A stretch of 64,000 nt of DNA. Origin: a bacterium. Its GTDB lineage: Bacteria > UBA8248. The position numbers were made by a program, and so were the translations under genes. The notes below the pieces were generated by a model. That model did no database searches, was not told the DNA's origin, and worked only from the letters and a program-made list of their open reading frames with translations. Positions 1 through 10,154 of the stretch are shown piece after piece. Within the stretch, counting starts at the first letter, position 1, and each line of letters starts with the position of its first letter. The stretch is taken from contig OZ244799.1 of NCBI GenBank assembly GCA_965219955.1, positions 2,880,001 through 2,944,000 on the forward strand. Reading direction: 5' to 3'.

Positions 1-110
1 GGCCCGAGGGGGTAGATTCCGGCATTTCGTCTTTCCAACCCGTAGGGGCGGTTCATGAACCCCGGACAGGCGCAGGGGCCAGTCCGGCTACGGGCGAATG
101 TGGTTTTGAT

Positions 111-248
111 CGTCATTCCGGCGAAAGCCGGAATCCATTTGCGGATGCGGGTGGATGAACGACGGCGTTTCATTCCCCGCCGATGCGCAGAAACCCTGAC
201 GAAAGGCAAAAGGCGTAAAAATGGATTCCGGCTTTCGCCGGAATGACG
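111..248. repeat. Family-A inverted hairpin doublet (REPIN/MITE-like, non-coding)
   Basis: Perfect 30-bp inverted ends CGTCATTCCGGCGAAAGCCGGAATCCATTT (111-140) and its reverse complement (219-248); each end is itself a hairpin. Confidence 0.9.
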
Positions 249-272
249 GCCTTAGGGTCTCTTGACATCGAA

Positions 273-1319
273 TTACCCCCTCTCCGCAAACCCCGTAAAA
301 GCCACGGGTATCGTCTGGATGTCCTGAATCAAATCGGGCGGGAGGTCCCTGTCCGCCGTGGGGAGCATCCCTGCGTAGAGGGTGTCGACGCCGTTCCCGA
401 AGCGCGTCTCTATCACATCTTTGATTTCCGAGTGCACACCCACGGCGGCGAAAAGGCGCACCAGGTCGTCGGGTATCTCGCCCGCCAGCTCACCCCATTT
501 GCCCTCGCGCGTCATCTGCCTGAGTTTCCGCCCCAGGTCGCCGTAGCCGTGCATCTCGAGAATCGGCCAGTAATCGGGCGTGGAGCCGTAAAAGCCGAGG
601 CGCACCTTGACCTCATCCATCCCGCGGCGCAGGGCCTCCTCATCGCGTCCGGTGACGACGTAGCCGCCGCCGGTGATCTCGAAGTTCCCGCGCTCAATCC
701 CGTTCTCCCCGAATCCCTCCGTGAGCCTCGGCAGGCAGAACTCCTCGAAATACCGGCTGGTGCAGAAAGGGTGCAGACGCACGCCGTCGCAGCGGCTCCC
801 CGCGACTTTCAGCATCCCCGGCCCCACCGCCGCAATGGTGACGGGCGCCATGGGCTGCCCTCCCGATGGCGGCGTGAAGGCGGGCGTCATGAGGCTGAAC
901 TGGTAGTGCTCGCCCTGGTAATCGAGCTTTTCCCCGCTTTGCCAGGCGCGCCATATCGCGCGGAGCGATTCCACGTATTCGCGCATCCTAGCGGCGGGCG
1001 CGCTCCAGGGCACGCTGAAACGACGCACGTTGTGCGCCCGTATCTGGGGCCCAAGTCCCAGGACGAACCGCCCGCCCGAGCCGACCTGCAGATCCCACGC
1101 GGCGTTCGCGCACACCATGGGACTCCTCGGAAAAGCGATGGCCACGGCGGTCAGAAGCTCTATGCGCTCGGTCTCCACCGCCGCCACGGCCAGGGGCAGG
1201 AACGGGTGGTGCGCGTTTTCCATGGTCATGGCGCCGTCATAGCCTGCCGCTTCGATTTCTCGCGCGGCGGGACCCGCTTTTTTCAGGTCATCCATCGGTA
1301 GTGTGGTCATGATACGCAT
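273..1319 (-). CDS. LLM-class, probably F420-dependent oxidoreductase (TIGR03617-like)
   Basis: Motifs HHPFLPLA, AIAFPRSPM, GRFVLGLGPQIRAHN.RRFS.PW, FYGSTP.Y; start moved to MRIMTT. Confidence 0.85.
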   Translation of the reverse strand: MRIMTTLPMDDLKKAGPAAREIEAAGYDGAMTMENAHHPFLPLAVAAVETERIELLTAVAIAFPRSPMVCANAAWDLQVGSGGRFVLGLGPQIRAHNVRRFSVPWSAPAARMREYVESLRAIWRAWQSGEKLDYQGEHYQFSLMTPAFTPPSGGQPMAPVTIAAVGPGMLKVAGSRCDGVRLHPFCTSRYFEEFCLPRLTEGFGENGIERGNFEITGGGYVVTGRDEEALRRGMDEVKVRLGFYGSTPDYWPILEMHGYGDLGRKLRQMTREGKWGELAGEIPDDLVRLFAAVGVHSEIKDVIETRFGNGVDTLYAGMLPTADRDLPPDLIQDIQTIPVAFTGFAERG

Positions 1320-1457
1320 CTCGAAACTCCTGTCTTGATAAAGAAAACGCCGCCGGGCGGCGGCGCGGCGCCATGATACACGATCCATCCCGCGCGCACA
1401 TCGTGATATGATGGCGCATCGAACACACGCTCAAGCGCATCCAGTGGAGCAGCCTCC

Positions 1458-2204
1458 ATGGCCCAGCCGTGCCGTCTCGAATACCGGGGCTTTCACCAGC
1501 TCGAACTCGTGCGCCACGGCGGCGAGGAGATCCGTATCGGCGGACAGCCCCGTACCCTGCAGGAACCTCCGCCCAACGTGGCCTCGCGGCCTCCCGTCGA
1601 TACGGTGCAGTACGTCTATGCGAAGTGGGATGAAAAGCGCGAGCGCGTGAAGCTGGTCGCCTCGACGACGGGGCACGAAACCCTGGACGGCGAGGAGGTG
1701 ATGCGCGGCGAGCCGGCGGCGCTCCTCGTCGGCATGGGCAGGCCCTATGAGAGCAGGCCCAGGCACTACCACTGGGCGGACAGGCCCGAGCACAGGACGC
1801 TCATCCTGAGCCGGCACAACCGGAAGCGGGTCGAGTGGCGGCAAAGGCTGCGCGCGGATGCGGCGGTTTCACCGGGCGAATGGCGTGAGATTTCGCCCGA
1901 TATGAGCGTCTCTTTTCTCGTGTGGGGAGAGGAGGAGGCGGGTCTCGAAATCGAGGGCCGCGTGCGGAACGAGGGGGCCGCCTCGCCGCTGCTCCTGGGC
2001 GTGGGTCTCGACGGCGCGCCGCCCGAATCGGCTGACTTGGAGATTACGCCGAAAGAGGCGTCACAGGATTTCAGACTCGATATCGAAAGACGCTTCGCGC
2101 GCGATGAGGAGGGCTTTCACACGCTTTCTCTATACGGAAAAACCGAAGACGCGTCCTGGACTGCTCTTCAAGGCGCGACGCTACGCTATTCCACCCTTGG
2201 CTAA
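1458..2204 (+). CDS. Hypothetical protein resembling a phage tail-associated beta domain
   Basis: 248-aa ORF, GGAG upstream, host-like codons; motif YVYA..ASTTGHET..LVGM recalled from phage tail proteins. Confidence 0.6.
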   Translation: MAQPCRLEYRGFHQLELVRHGGEEIRIGGQPRTLQEPPPNVASRPPVDTVQYVYAKWDEKRERVKLVASTTGHETLDGEEVMRGEPAALLVGMGRPYESRPRHYHWADRPEHRTLILSRHNRKRVEWRQRLRADAAVSPGEWREISPDMSVSFLVWGEEEAGLEIEGRVRNEGAASPLLLGVGLDGAPPESADLEITPKEASQDFRLDIERRFARDEEGFHTLSLYGKTEDASWTALQGATLRYSTLG

Positions 2205-2215
2205 GGAGCAAGGCG

Positions 2216-3349
2216 ATCAACGAATCTCATCAAGACCCCAAATTCCTGCATGACCTCGGCGTCCGCCGCGTCATCAGCGCGCGCACCCGCCAGACCGTCT
2301 TCGGCGGCTCGAAACTGAGGCCCGAAATCTGGGCCGCCATGCGGGAGGCGAACGCCGCCCAGGTGGACATGAACGAGTTGCACGCCAAGGCGGGCGCGCG
2401 CATCGCGGAGATGACGCAAAACGAGGCGGCCTACGTCACGAGCGGCTCCGCCGCAGGCCTCGCGCTAAGTGCCGCCGCCTGCATCACGGGCGGGAACCCG
2501 GCCCTCATGGACAAGCTCCCCTTCACCGACGGCCTCAAGAACGAGATCGTGATCCATCGCTTCCAGCGGAACCATTACGACATCAACATCCGCCAGGCGG
2601 GGGCGCGGCTCGTCGAGATCGGCTCGCACCGCCAGACCCACCCCTGGGAGTTAGAGGAGGCCATCGGCGAGAAGACGGCGGCCGTCTTCTACTTCCCGGG
2701 TCAGTACATGGGCCGGAACATCCTGAAGCCGGAGACCATCATCGAGATCGCGCACGCCAGGAACGTGCCCGTGGTCGTGGACGCGGCGGCGCAGCTTCCA
2801 CCGTCCGGCAATCTCTGGCGCTACACCAAGGAGATGGGGGCGGACGCCGCCATCTTCAGCGGGGGGAAGAGCATCGGCGGGCCGCAGAACACCGGAATCA
2901 TCCTCGGCAAAAAGGAGATCATCGACGCCTGCGCCATGATGGGAAGCCCCAGGTATTCGGTCGGACGGCCCATGAAGGCGGGGCGCGACGACATCGTGGG
3001 CCTGGTCTGCGCGCTCGAACATTACCTGGACGAGGGCGAGGCCGCACAGTACGCCCACAACGAAAAATGGTGTGAGTTCTTCATGGAGCGCACTGCCGGG
3101 ATGAAAGGGTTATCCCCTCGCATCAGGCGCCCCAACGCCCTGGGGCAGGATTTGCCCGAAGTCGTGATCGATATCGACGAGGAAACGCTCGGCAAATCAC
3201 GCGATAAGATCGCCGCTTCGCTGTGGGAGTGCGAGGTGCGGGTGCAGGTCGGCGTATCGGGTGAATCGGATATCTACATCTCCCCCGACCCGCTCACCGA
3301 CGCCGACGCGGAATACCTGTGGGCGAGGTTCGTGGAGGTTGTTTCGTGA
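2216..3349 (+). CDS. SelA-related PLP-dependent enzyme (DgaE-like)
   Basis: VTSGSAAGL, VVVDAAAQ, FSGGK..GGPQ.TG, GRPMK; homology extends upstream of the ATG at 2339 (LGVRRVIS..T.FGGS); proposed ATC start 7 nt after AAGGAG. Confidence 0.8.
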   Translation: MNESHQDPKFLHDLGVRRVISARTRQTVFGGSKLRPEIWAAMREANAAQVDMNELHAKAGARIAEMTQNEAAYVTSGSAAGLALSAAACITGGNPALMDKLPFTDGLKNEIVIHRFQRNHYDINIRQAGARLVEIGSHRQTHPWELEEAIGEKTAAVFYFPGQYMGRNILKPETIIEIAHARNVPVVVDAAAQLPPSGNLWRYTKEMGADAAIFSGGKSIGGPQNTGIILGKKEIIDACAMMGSPRYSVGRPMKAGRDDIVGLVCALEHYLDEGEAAQYAHNEKWCEFFMERTAGMKGLSPRIRRPNALGQDLPEVVIDIDEETLGKSRDKIAASLWECEVRVQVGVSGESDIYISPDPLTDADAEYLWARFVEVVS

Positions 3350-3431
3350 GGGATGGGCAAGAAAAAAACAGCAGGATTGGTAGAGGCCGTTCGCGAACGG
3401 CCCCTACATTTTCGCCACGCCGATTTATAGA

Positions 3432-3794
3432 CCGTCATTCCGGCGCATGCCGGAATCCAGAAAGATTTTTTGAGCAATGAAACAACCCTGCGTATACATT
3501 CTCGCAAGCAAACGTAACGGAACGCTTTATATCGGTGTTACATCAGACCTCATCCGGCGGGTCTGGCAACACAAGAATGATATGGCAGAAGGCTTCACGA
3601 AGCGTTACGGCATCCACAAGCTGGTCTGGTACGAGAGCCATGAAACAATGGAGAGTGCAATTACGAATGAGAAGAGGCTTAAAAACTGGCCGAGGTCTTG
3701 GAAAATCGGGTTAATTGAAGAGAGGAATCCTGAATGGAATGACTTATACGGAGACCTCATCGGCTCTGGATTCCGGCATTCGCCGGAATGACGG
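3432..3794. mobile_element. Family-A element carrying a GIY-YIG nuclease (candidate autonomous element)
   Basis: 30-bp inverted repeats 3432-3461 and 3765-3794 (29/30 identical) enclose the gene; third copy at 3879-3906. Confidence 0.7.
3477..3791 (+). CDS. Small GIY-YIG nuclease family protein
   Basis: VYILAS..NGTLYIGVTSDL.RRV.QH, FT.RY....LVWYE, AI..EK.LK.W.R.WK..LIE..NP.W.DL. Confidence 0.93.
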   Translation: MKQPCVYILASKRNGTLYIGVTSDLIRRVWQHKNDMAEGFTKRYGIHKLVWYESHETMESAITNEKRLKNWPRSWKIGLIEERNPEWNDLYGDLIGSGFRHSPE

Positions 3795-3960
3795 CAACTT
3801 CGCAATGCTTCGTCAGGTTCAAGGCCTTTCCATCCGGCCACACCCCGCATTCTTCTCGCTTCCGATAAGCAAACCCAACGTCATTCCGGCGAATGCCGGA
3901 ATCCAGGACCGATCAATTTCCCTATGATGCAGACATCTCGAATGTCAGGTATTTACGGCC

Positions 3961-4019
3961 GTAGGGACAACCCCCCGTGGTTGTCCTTCGCCAGGACAGG
4001 CACGGAGGCCTGTCCCTAC
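3961..4019. repeat. GTAG-type REP doublet
   Basis: GTAGGGACAACCCCCCGTGGTTGTCC ... GGACAGGCACGGAGGCCTGTCCCTAC; the family recurs many times in the window. Confidence 0.85.
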
Positions 4020-4046
4020 GAAACCACCGAAAGGGTCGTCCTGCCC

Positions 4047-6755
4047 CTAATTCTCGCCGCTCTTCAGGAGCTGCCGCAGCACGTACTGCAGGATGCCGCC
4101 GTGCTGGTAGTAGGCCACCTCGTTGGGGGTGTCGATGCGCACGGTGGCGTCGAATACGATCGCCTCGCCGCCATTCTCCGGCGTGGCGGTGACGCGCACC
4201 TGTTTGGCTTCTCCCTGCTCCACACCCTCGATGTCGAAGGTCTCCCGCCCCGTGAGGCCAAGTCCCTCCGCCGAGTCGCCCGGCTTGAACTGGAGCGGCA
4301 GCACGCCCATCCCCACCAGGTTCGAGCGGTGGATGCGCTCGAAGCTCTCGGCGATGACGGCGCGGATGCCGAGCAGGCTCGACCCCTTGGCGGCCCAGTC
4401 GCGCGAGGAGCCCGTGCCGTATTCCTTGCCGCCCAGGACGACGAGGGGAATCCCCGCTTCCTGGTACTGCATCGCCGCGTCGTAGATGGGCATGACCTCG
4501 TTCGTCGGGAAATAGGTGGTGAAGCCGCCCTCGGTGCCCGGCGCCGCCCGGTTGCGCAGGCGCACGTTCGAGAAGGTGCCGCGCATCATCACCTCGTGGT
4601 TCCCGCGCCTGGAGCCGTAGGAGTTGAAATTATCGGGCAGCACGTCGTTCATCACCAGGAAATGCCCGCCCGGGCTGTCGCGCTTGATGGAACCGGCGGG
4701 CGAGATGTGGTCCGTCGTCACCGAATCGCCCAGAAGCGCGAGGCAGCGCGCGCCTGCGATGTCCTCGACCGGCTCGGGTTCGGCCTTCATGCCGTCGAAA
4801 TAGGGAGCCTTCCGGATGTAGGTGGACATGTCGTCCCAATCGAACAGGCCGCCCTCGGGCGTCGGGATGCCCTGCCAGCGCAGGTCGCCCCGGAACACGT
4901 CGCCGTAGCTTTTCTGAAACATGTCCGCATTCACGTGGTTCATCACCACGTCCTGAAGCTCGCTCTGCGTGGGCCAGATGTCTCTCAAGTACACCGGATT
5001 TCCGTCCTGATCTTCCCCGAGGGGGTCTCGCGTGATGTCCAGGTCCATGCGCCCGGCGATGGCGTAGGCCACCACCAGGGGCGGTGAGGCCAGGAAGTTC
5101 ATGCGCACCTCCGCGTGCACGCGGCCCTCGAAGTTCCGGTTGCCCGAGAGCACCGAGCAGGCGACGAGATCGCCCTCGGCCACGGCCTGGGAGATGTGCG
5201 CGGGCAGAGGCCCCGAGTTCCCGATGCAGGTCGTGCAGCCGTAGCCCACGTTGTGGAAGCCGAGCGCCTCTAAATAGGGCGTGAGGCCCGCGCTCTTCAG
5301 ATACTCCGTCACCACCATCGAACCGGGAGCGAGCGAGGTTTTGACCCAGGGCTTGGCTTTCAGTCCGCGCTCGGCGGCTTTTTTCGCCACGAGTCCCGCA
5401 CCCAGCATGACGGTGGGGTTCGAGGTGTTCGTGCAGCTCGTGATCGCCGCGATGACGACCGCGCCGTGCGTTATCTCGTAAGTCTTCGTTCCATCCCGCA
5501 CGGTGACGGCGGCGGGCGCCACGGCCGTTCCGCCGCCATCGCCGCCGCCGAGCTCCGTGAGCATCTTGTCGAGTTCGCGCTCGAAGGTGGCGCTGGCTTC
5601 CGTGAGGACGATGCGATCCTGCGGACGCTTGGGACCCGAGATGCTGGGGACGACGTCGCCCAAGTCCAGTTCCAGCGTGTCGGTGTAGACCGCTTCGGGC
5701 GAATCCGCCTCGCGGAACATGCCCTGCGCCTTCGCGTAGGCCTCCACCAACGCGATCTGTTCCGCCGGCCTGTTCGTGAGCTCCATGTACTTGAGGGTTT
5801 CGCCATCGATGGGGAAGATGCCGCAGGTCGCGCCGTATTCGGGCGCCATGTTGGCGAGCGTCGCGCGGTCGGCGAGCGGCAGGTTGTCCAGGCCCGGCCC
5901 GTAGAACTCGACGAACTTGCCCACGACGCCCTTCTCCCGCAGCATCTGCACGACCACGAGCACGAGGTCGGTCGCCGTGGCGCCCTCTCTCAGATCGCCC
6001 GAAAGCCGGAAGCCCACCACGTCGGGGATGAGCATCGAGTAGGGCTGGCCCAGCATGGCGGCTTCGGCCTCGATGCCGCCCACGCCCCAGCCGAGGACGC
6101 CGATGCCGTTGATCATCGTGGTGTGCGAATCCGTGCCCACGACGGTATCGGGGAAGGCGCGCGTGACGCCTCCTTTTTCGTCCGTGCCCACCACCGGGGC
6201 GAGGAACTCCAGGTTCACCTGGTGGACGATGCCGGTGTCGGGCGGAACGGCGCGGAAGTTGTCAAAGGCGTTCTGCGCCCAGCGCAGGAAGGCGTAGCGC
6301 TCGGTATTGCGGTCGTATTCGAGTTGCGCGTTGTTCTCGAGCGCCGTCTCGGTGCCGAACTCGTCCACCTGCACGGAGTGGTCGATCACCAGATCGACGG
6401 GCTGCAAGGGATTGATGAGGTCGGGGTCGCCGCCCAGGTCCTTCATGGCGTCGCGCATGGCGGCCAGATCCACCACGACGGGAACGCCGGTAAAATCCTG
6501 CAACAAGACGCGGCTCGGCATGAAGCCGATTTCTTTCGCCTCCGCGTTTTTCGCGTCCCAGGAGGCGAGCGCCTCGATGTCGGCGGCGCGCACGGAGCGC
6601 CCGTCCTCGTTCCTGAGGAGGTTCTCCAGCAGGACCTTCATCGCGAAGGGCAGCCGCGCGACGTCGCCCTTGTGTTTAAGCGCGTCTATCCGGTAAATCT
6701 CATAGGTTTTCCCGCCGACTTCGAGTTGTGAGCGGGCATTGAAGCTGTTGCTCAT
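4047..6755 (-). CDS. acnA: Aconitate hydratase A
   Basis: [64 protein letters not shown]. Confidence 0.98.
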   Translation of the reverse strand: MSNSFNARSQLEVGGKTYEIYRIDALKHKGDVARLPFAMKVLLENLLRNEDGRSVRAADIEALASWDAKNAEAKEIGFMPSRVLLQDFTGVPVVVDLAAMRDAMKDLGGDPDLINPLQPVDLVIDHSVQVDEFGTETALENNAQLEYDRNTERYAFLRWAQNAFDNFRAVPPDTGIVHQVNLEFLAPVVGTDEKGGVTRAFPDTVVGTDSHTTMINGIGVLGWGVGGIEAEAAMLGQPYSMLIPDVVGFRLSGDLREGATATDLVLVVVQMLREKGVVGKFVEFYGPGLDNLPLADRATLANMAPEYGATCGIFPIDGETLKYMELTNRPAEQIALVEAYAKAQGMFREADSPEAVYTDTLELDLGDVVPSISGPKRPQDRIVLTEASATFERELDKMLTELGGGDGGGTAVAPAAVTVRDGTKTYEITHGAVVIAAITSCTNTSNPTVMLGAGLVAKKAAERGLKAKPWVKTSLAPGSMVVTEYLKSAGLTPYLEALGFHNVGYGCTTCIGNSGPLPAHISQAVAEGDLVACSVLSGNRNFEGRVHAEVRMNFLASPPLVVAYAIAGRMDLDITRDPLGEDQDGNPVYLRDIWPTQSELQDVVMNHVNADMFQKSYGDVFRGDLRWQGIPTPEGGLFDWDDMSTYIRKAPYFDGMKAEPEPVEDIAGARCLALLGDSVTTDHISPAGSIKRDSPGGHFLVMNDVLPDNFNSYGSRRGNHEVMMRGTFSNVRLRNRAAPGTEGGFTTYFPTNEVMPIYDAAMQYQEAGIPLVVLGGKEYGTGSSRDWAAKGSSLLGIRAVIAESFERIHRSNLVGMGVLPLQFKPGDSAEGLGLTGRETFDIEGVEQGEAKQVRVTATPENGGEAIVFDATVRIDTPNEVAYYQHGGILQYVLRQLLKSGEN

Positions 6756-6994
6756 CTTTCACCTCTTTCGGACGGGAAATCCGCCTCCCCGAGAAGCCAC
6801 CGGGAAAACGTCCCCCACCCCGTCAAGCGCTCGTTGCTTCTGAAACCGGCCCCGGAGGCCGGCTCAGGGCAAAAGCTATAACCGATTGAATCATATTGGA
6901 TTGCGGAAATACCGACTTTCTACTCTTGGGGATAATACCACAGATAAAGGCAGAGGACGAGGGCGATCAGAAATTCACGCCCCGGCAGCGCTTC

Positions 6995-7429
6995 TTATGC
7001 CTCCTTCACCACCATATAGGTGGCCGAGGCGAAGCAGATGAGCCTTTCCGCGTCATCGAGGATGCGGATCTCCCAAACGGAAGTCTTGCGCCCCAGATGC
7101 AGGGCCTTCGCCTCGCCGACGAGGGTTCCCTCCTTCACGGGGCGGACGAAGTTCACCTTCATCTCCACCGTCACCACCTCCGTCCCGACCGGGTAGCTCA
7201 CGTAGCTGCCCACGCCGCCCACCGTGTCGGCGAGTGAGGCCAGCGCGCCGCCGTGGATGATACCGAAGGGCTGAAAGAGCCTCGGCTCCACGGGCATCGC
7301 GACGCGGGCGAAGCCCTCTTCGGCTTCCAGAACCTCGAAACCCAGGAGGTCGTTGAAATTCCCCCGCCAGCGGGCCTGGAACACCCGCTCGACCTCCTCC
7401 CTCGTCCAAGAGCGACCCATCGTCATCAC
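6995..7429 (-). CDS. PaaI/MenI-family hotdog thioesterase
   Basis: QPFGIIHGGA..SLAD, VTVEMKVNFVRPV, HLGRKTSVWEI. Confidence 0.9.
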   Translation of the reverse strand: MMTMGRSWTREEVERVFQARWRGNFNDLLGFEVLEAEEGFARVAMPVEPRLFQPFGIIHGGALASLADTVGGVGSYVSYPVGTEVVTVEMKVNFVRPVKEGTLVGEAKALHLGRKTSVWEIRILDDAERLICFASATYMVVKEA

Positions 7430-7553
7430 CTCGAACGCGCGCGCCTCGCGTGAGAGTCGTGCGCGTGAAAAAAGTCCAGGAATTCAACGGAATACCGACG
7501 ACGAAACGGAACCACCTCGGAAAGACTGTAGAGCTTCCGTGAAACGCCGCAAC

Positions 7554-7865
7554 CTACGCCGATCTTTTGAGCAGCACCGCCAGGGCTTCGGTTGATTTAT
7601 CCAGGCCCTCGTTTGTCTTATCCATGCTTTCCAGCGTTTTATCAAAGCCCTCGAGAGTTTTATCCAAACTGGCCATTGTTTTATCCAAGCTCTGCATGGT
7701 TTTCCGCAGCGCTTCCCTGCCCTCCCGGCCCTGGGCGATGATCTCATCGAGCGCTTTGTCCCTTTGCCTTGTGCCGGCGCGCATGGTGTAGAGGCCATAC
7801 CAGATCAAAACGCACTGCGCGATGCCTATGAGGTCTCCCGTATTGATCGGCTGCAAATTGATCAT
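7554..7865 (-). CDS. Small membrane-anchored coiled-coil protein with heptad (DKT) repeats
   Basis: N-terminal hydrophobic helix then 5x [LFM]DK[TS]; paralogue of 52301-52777. Confidence 0.7.
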   Translation of the reverse strand: MINLQPINTGDLIGIAQCVLIWYGLYTMRAGTRQRDKALDEIIAQGREGREALRKTMQSLDKTMASLDKTLEGFDKTLESMDKTNEGLDKSTEALAVLLKRSA

Positions 7866-7967
7866 CTTTCCGCATCCTCTCTTTCCGGGTCCTCATTCAG
7901 GTTATCGGGGTTATCTCGTGAACATTATAGAACCAAAACGCGGGATGAACGCAAACGCGCCCGCCGC

Positions 7968-8510
7968 TCATCGGGAGGAAGTACGGGCTGGATTCCCCAT
8001 GCGTTGTGCGGCTTCCGTGTGGTTTCGGCGGTTCCGCTGTCCGAAACTCTCTATCGACTTGGCGATGCCGGCAAGGGTCTTTGGAGGACCATATAATCCT
8101 CTGGTATCCAGTTCTCGCAATCTCGATGTTTCCCAGTCAGCCAGACACTTGAATACAGTGGATACGACTTGCCCTCTGGACTTGATGCGAGAAACGTCTT
8201 TCCCCTCCTGCTCCAGGAAAGCGCGGACGTGGTTGACGTTCGGCATGAAGGCCTTGTCTTCATATTTCTTCGCAAGCGTCATCAGGACGCTCTTTTTCCT
8301 TGCATCCGACAACGCCAAAGAACCTACGATAGAAACCGCGTTTGGTTTAGTCCTTGGTTTCTTAGCTCGCTTGACTGAGGAGCTTTTTGAAGCAGGAGCG
8401 CGTTTGAGCTTAGGGTCGAAATCCTCCAGCGCTTCACGTACTATCTCATACCCGCAATCATCAACAAGAGTTGAGAGCAAGTCTCGCAAAGTATCTTTTT
8501 CCATGCTCAC
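7968..8510 (-). CDS. Hypothetical protein (lower GC)
   Basis: 180-aa ORF with AAGGAGG RBS; no family recognised. Confidence 0.65.
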   Translation of the reverse strand: MSMEKDTLRDLLSTLVDDCGYEIVREALEDFDPKLKRAPASKSSSVKRAKKPRTKPNAVSIVGSLALSDARKKSVLMTLAKKYEDKAFMPNVNHVRAFLEQEGKDVSRIKSRGQVVSTVFKCLADWETSRLRELDTRGLYGPPKTLAGIAKSIESFGQRNRRNHTEAAQRMGNPARTSSR

Positions 8511-8576
8511 CCCTCCTTGGGCGATAAACCCATCATCTCCGCGATACGGGCGAGAACGGTGCTCCCGAAGGTCCGA

Positions 8577-8891
8577 TCAGCCGAAGATCTGTGTCGGCAC
8601 GCGGCCCCATTCGGCGGGGTCGGTGAGGATGTCGCCGCCCTCGCCCTCGTAGGAGAAGAACAGGAGTTCGGTTTCCGTCTTCTTGCCCTTCTTTTCCAGG
8701 CGGCGCACCGTGATGGTCGGCACGTGGACGCCGAGTTCGAAGTTTTTGGCATGGCTCACCGAGACGCTCGCGCCGAACTTGGCGGCGCAGCCCTCGAGTT
8801 GCTCCCGCGTCGTCTTCACCCGTCCGTCCGCGAGGATTTCCCCGCCGAAATTCTCCGTGAGGTCGACCACAAAAATTTCAGGCTCCAGCAT
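8577..8891 (-). CDS. Hypothetical protein
   Basis: 104-aa ORF, GGAG RBS, host-like codon usage. Confidence 0.65.
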   Translation of the reverse strand: MLEPEIFVVDLTENFGGEILADGRVKTTREQLEGCAAKFGASVSVSHAKNFELGVHVPTITVRRLEKKGKKTETELLFFSYEGEGGDILTDPAEWGRVPTQIFG

Positions 8892-9017
8892 GATGGCGCA
8901 TTCTCCCTTGAAACGTGATGAAAGGAATCCCCAGTTCGGGGCCTGCGAAAGCGCGGAGTCTAGCAGAAAGGGGACGGGGTGAGAAAGGGGGCGGGGGTTC
9001 GCCCGATGGAAAACCCG

Positions 9018-9263
9018 TTATATCGCTATTCGGGAATGAAACATTTGGGTCGTTTCTTCTTCGGGTCTAAGGCATTGCCGGATCAGAAATGCGCCGGCGT
9101 CGTAGCGGCGCTTGGCGGCAGTGTAAGCATCCAGTTCCGATTCGTAGAATCCCTCTATCGACTCATCGTGTATCAACACAAATTCGCCGTGATGTTCCTC
9201 GGCAAGTTCCGTCTGGTGCTGCTGAAAATACGCGATCTGCCTGTCCAACACTTGCATGACCAA
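9018..9263 (-). CDS. DUF5678-like small protein
   Basis: YF.....EL...H.GEFVLIH....GFY....DAY..A.......FLI pattern. Confidence 0.65.
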   Translation of the reverse strand: MVMQVLDRQIAYFQQHQTELAEEHHGEFVLIHDESIEGFYESELDAYTAAKRRYDAGAFLIRQCLRPEEETTQMFHSRIAI

Positions 9264-9389
9264 GACCCCCCGAAAGACAGGTCTTTTTCGAAAACAAACA
9301 ACGCCTTGTCTATGAGATTACACGTAAAATTTGAATTTTTGCAACAGGCTCATTTACAGACAAAATGGATTGTCCCGAAATACCTCCCC

Positions 9390-10154
9390 CTACCAATCCC
9401 AGAACAGCGTATAGGCTCTGCCGGTGACGGGGCCGGCTTCGCGCCACTCCAGGCGGGTCTGGCCGGTTTCGTTCAGAAGGCGGGGGTAGACGCGGCGCTT
9501 GTTGAAGCTGTTCGACGCACCCTGGGATTCCTCGCGGCGCGCGCCCACGAGCTTGCGGCCGGGGGGGATGAGCACTTCGAGCCGGAATTCGTCGGTGGGA
9601 TATTCGACGACCAGGGTGACCCACTCGTTCCGCGACGTGAACGAATCGCGCAGGAGGAGTTCGTGGCGAAGCTCGAAGAGCGCGCCCGCCCGAATCGGCT
9701 CGGGCAGAGCGAGGCTGGCGGAATAATCGGCGCCCGCCTGCTTCTCGATCCGGTATTCCAGGAGCGTCCAGGGGGGGTCGGCTTTTTCATCTTCCAGGAG
9801 GCGGCAGGAATAGGCCACCTCCCTGTCGCCGCTGCCCGTGTGGTAGCGCGTCTTCACGCGGGACAACTCCCGCTGGGCCAGGCAGCGCCGCACGCTCTCC
9901 ATGCGCGCGGTGCGGCCATCGACGTCTTCTATCGTGTAGGTGCGGGCGTGGAGCAGCACGCGGTAGTCGTACTCCTCATCGTCTCCCCCCTCCCCCCGGG
10001 GAGCGCCGGCGGAGCCTGCTTCTTCGATGTGGCGCACGCGCGCTTCGAGCGCATCGAACTTCTCCGAGAGTTCCTGATGGCTCTTGAGAACCGAAGAAAT
10101 GCCGCTGGAAAGCTCTTTGATGAGGTCTGCCGTTTCCGGATTTTCATCCGCCAT
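9390..10154 (-). CDS. Hypothetical protein: N-terminal coiled coil plus beta-rich domain ending YTLFWDW
   Basis: Host-like codons; start placed at MADENPE. Confidence 0.65.
   Translation of the reverse strand: MADENPETADLIKELSSGISSVLKSHQELSEKFDALEARVRHIEEAGSAGAPRGEGGDDEEYDYRVLLHARTYTIEDVDGRTARMESVRRCLAQRELSRVKTRYHTGSGDREVAYSCRLLEDEKADPPWTLLEYRIEKQAGADYSASLALPEPIRAGALFELRHELLLRDSFTSRNEWVTLVVEYPTDEFRLEVLIPPGRKLVGARREESQGASNSFNKRRVYPRLLNETGQTRLEWREAGPVTGRAYTLFWDW

Noticed and set aside
2216-3349. True selenocysteine synthase SelA
   Set aside because: Too short and lacks the N-terminal tRNA-binding domain; fits the SelA-related DgaE-like group
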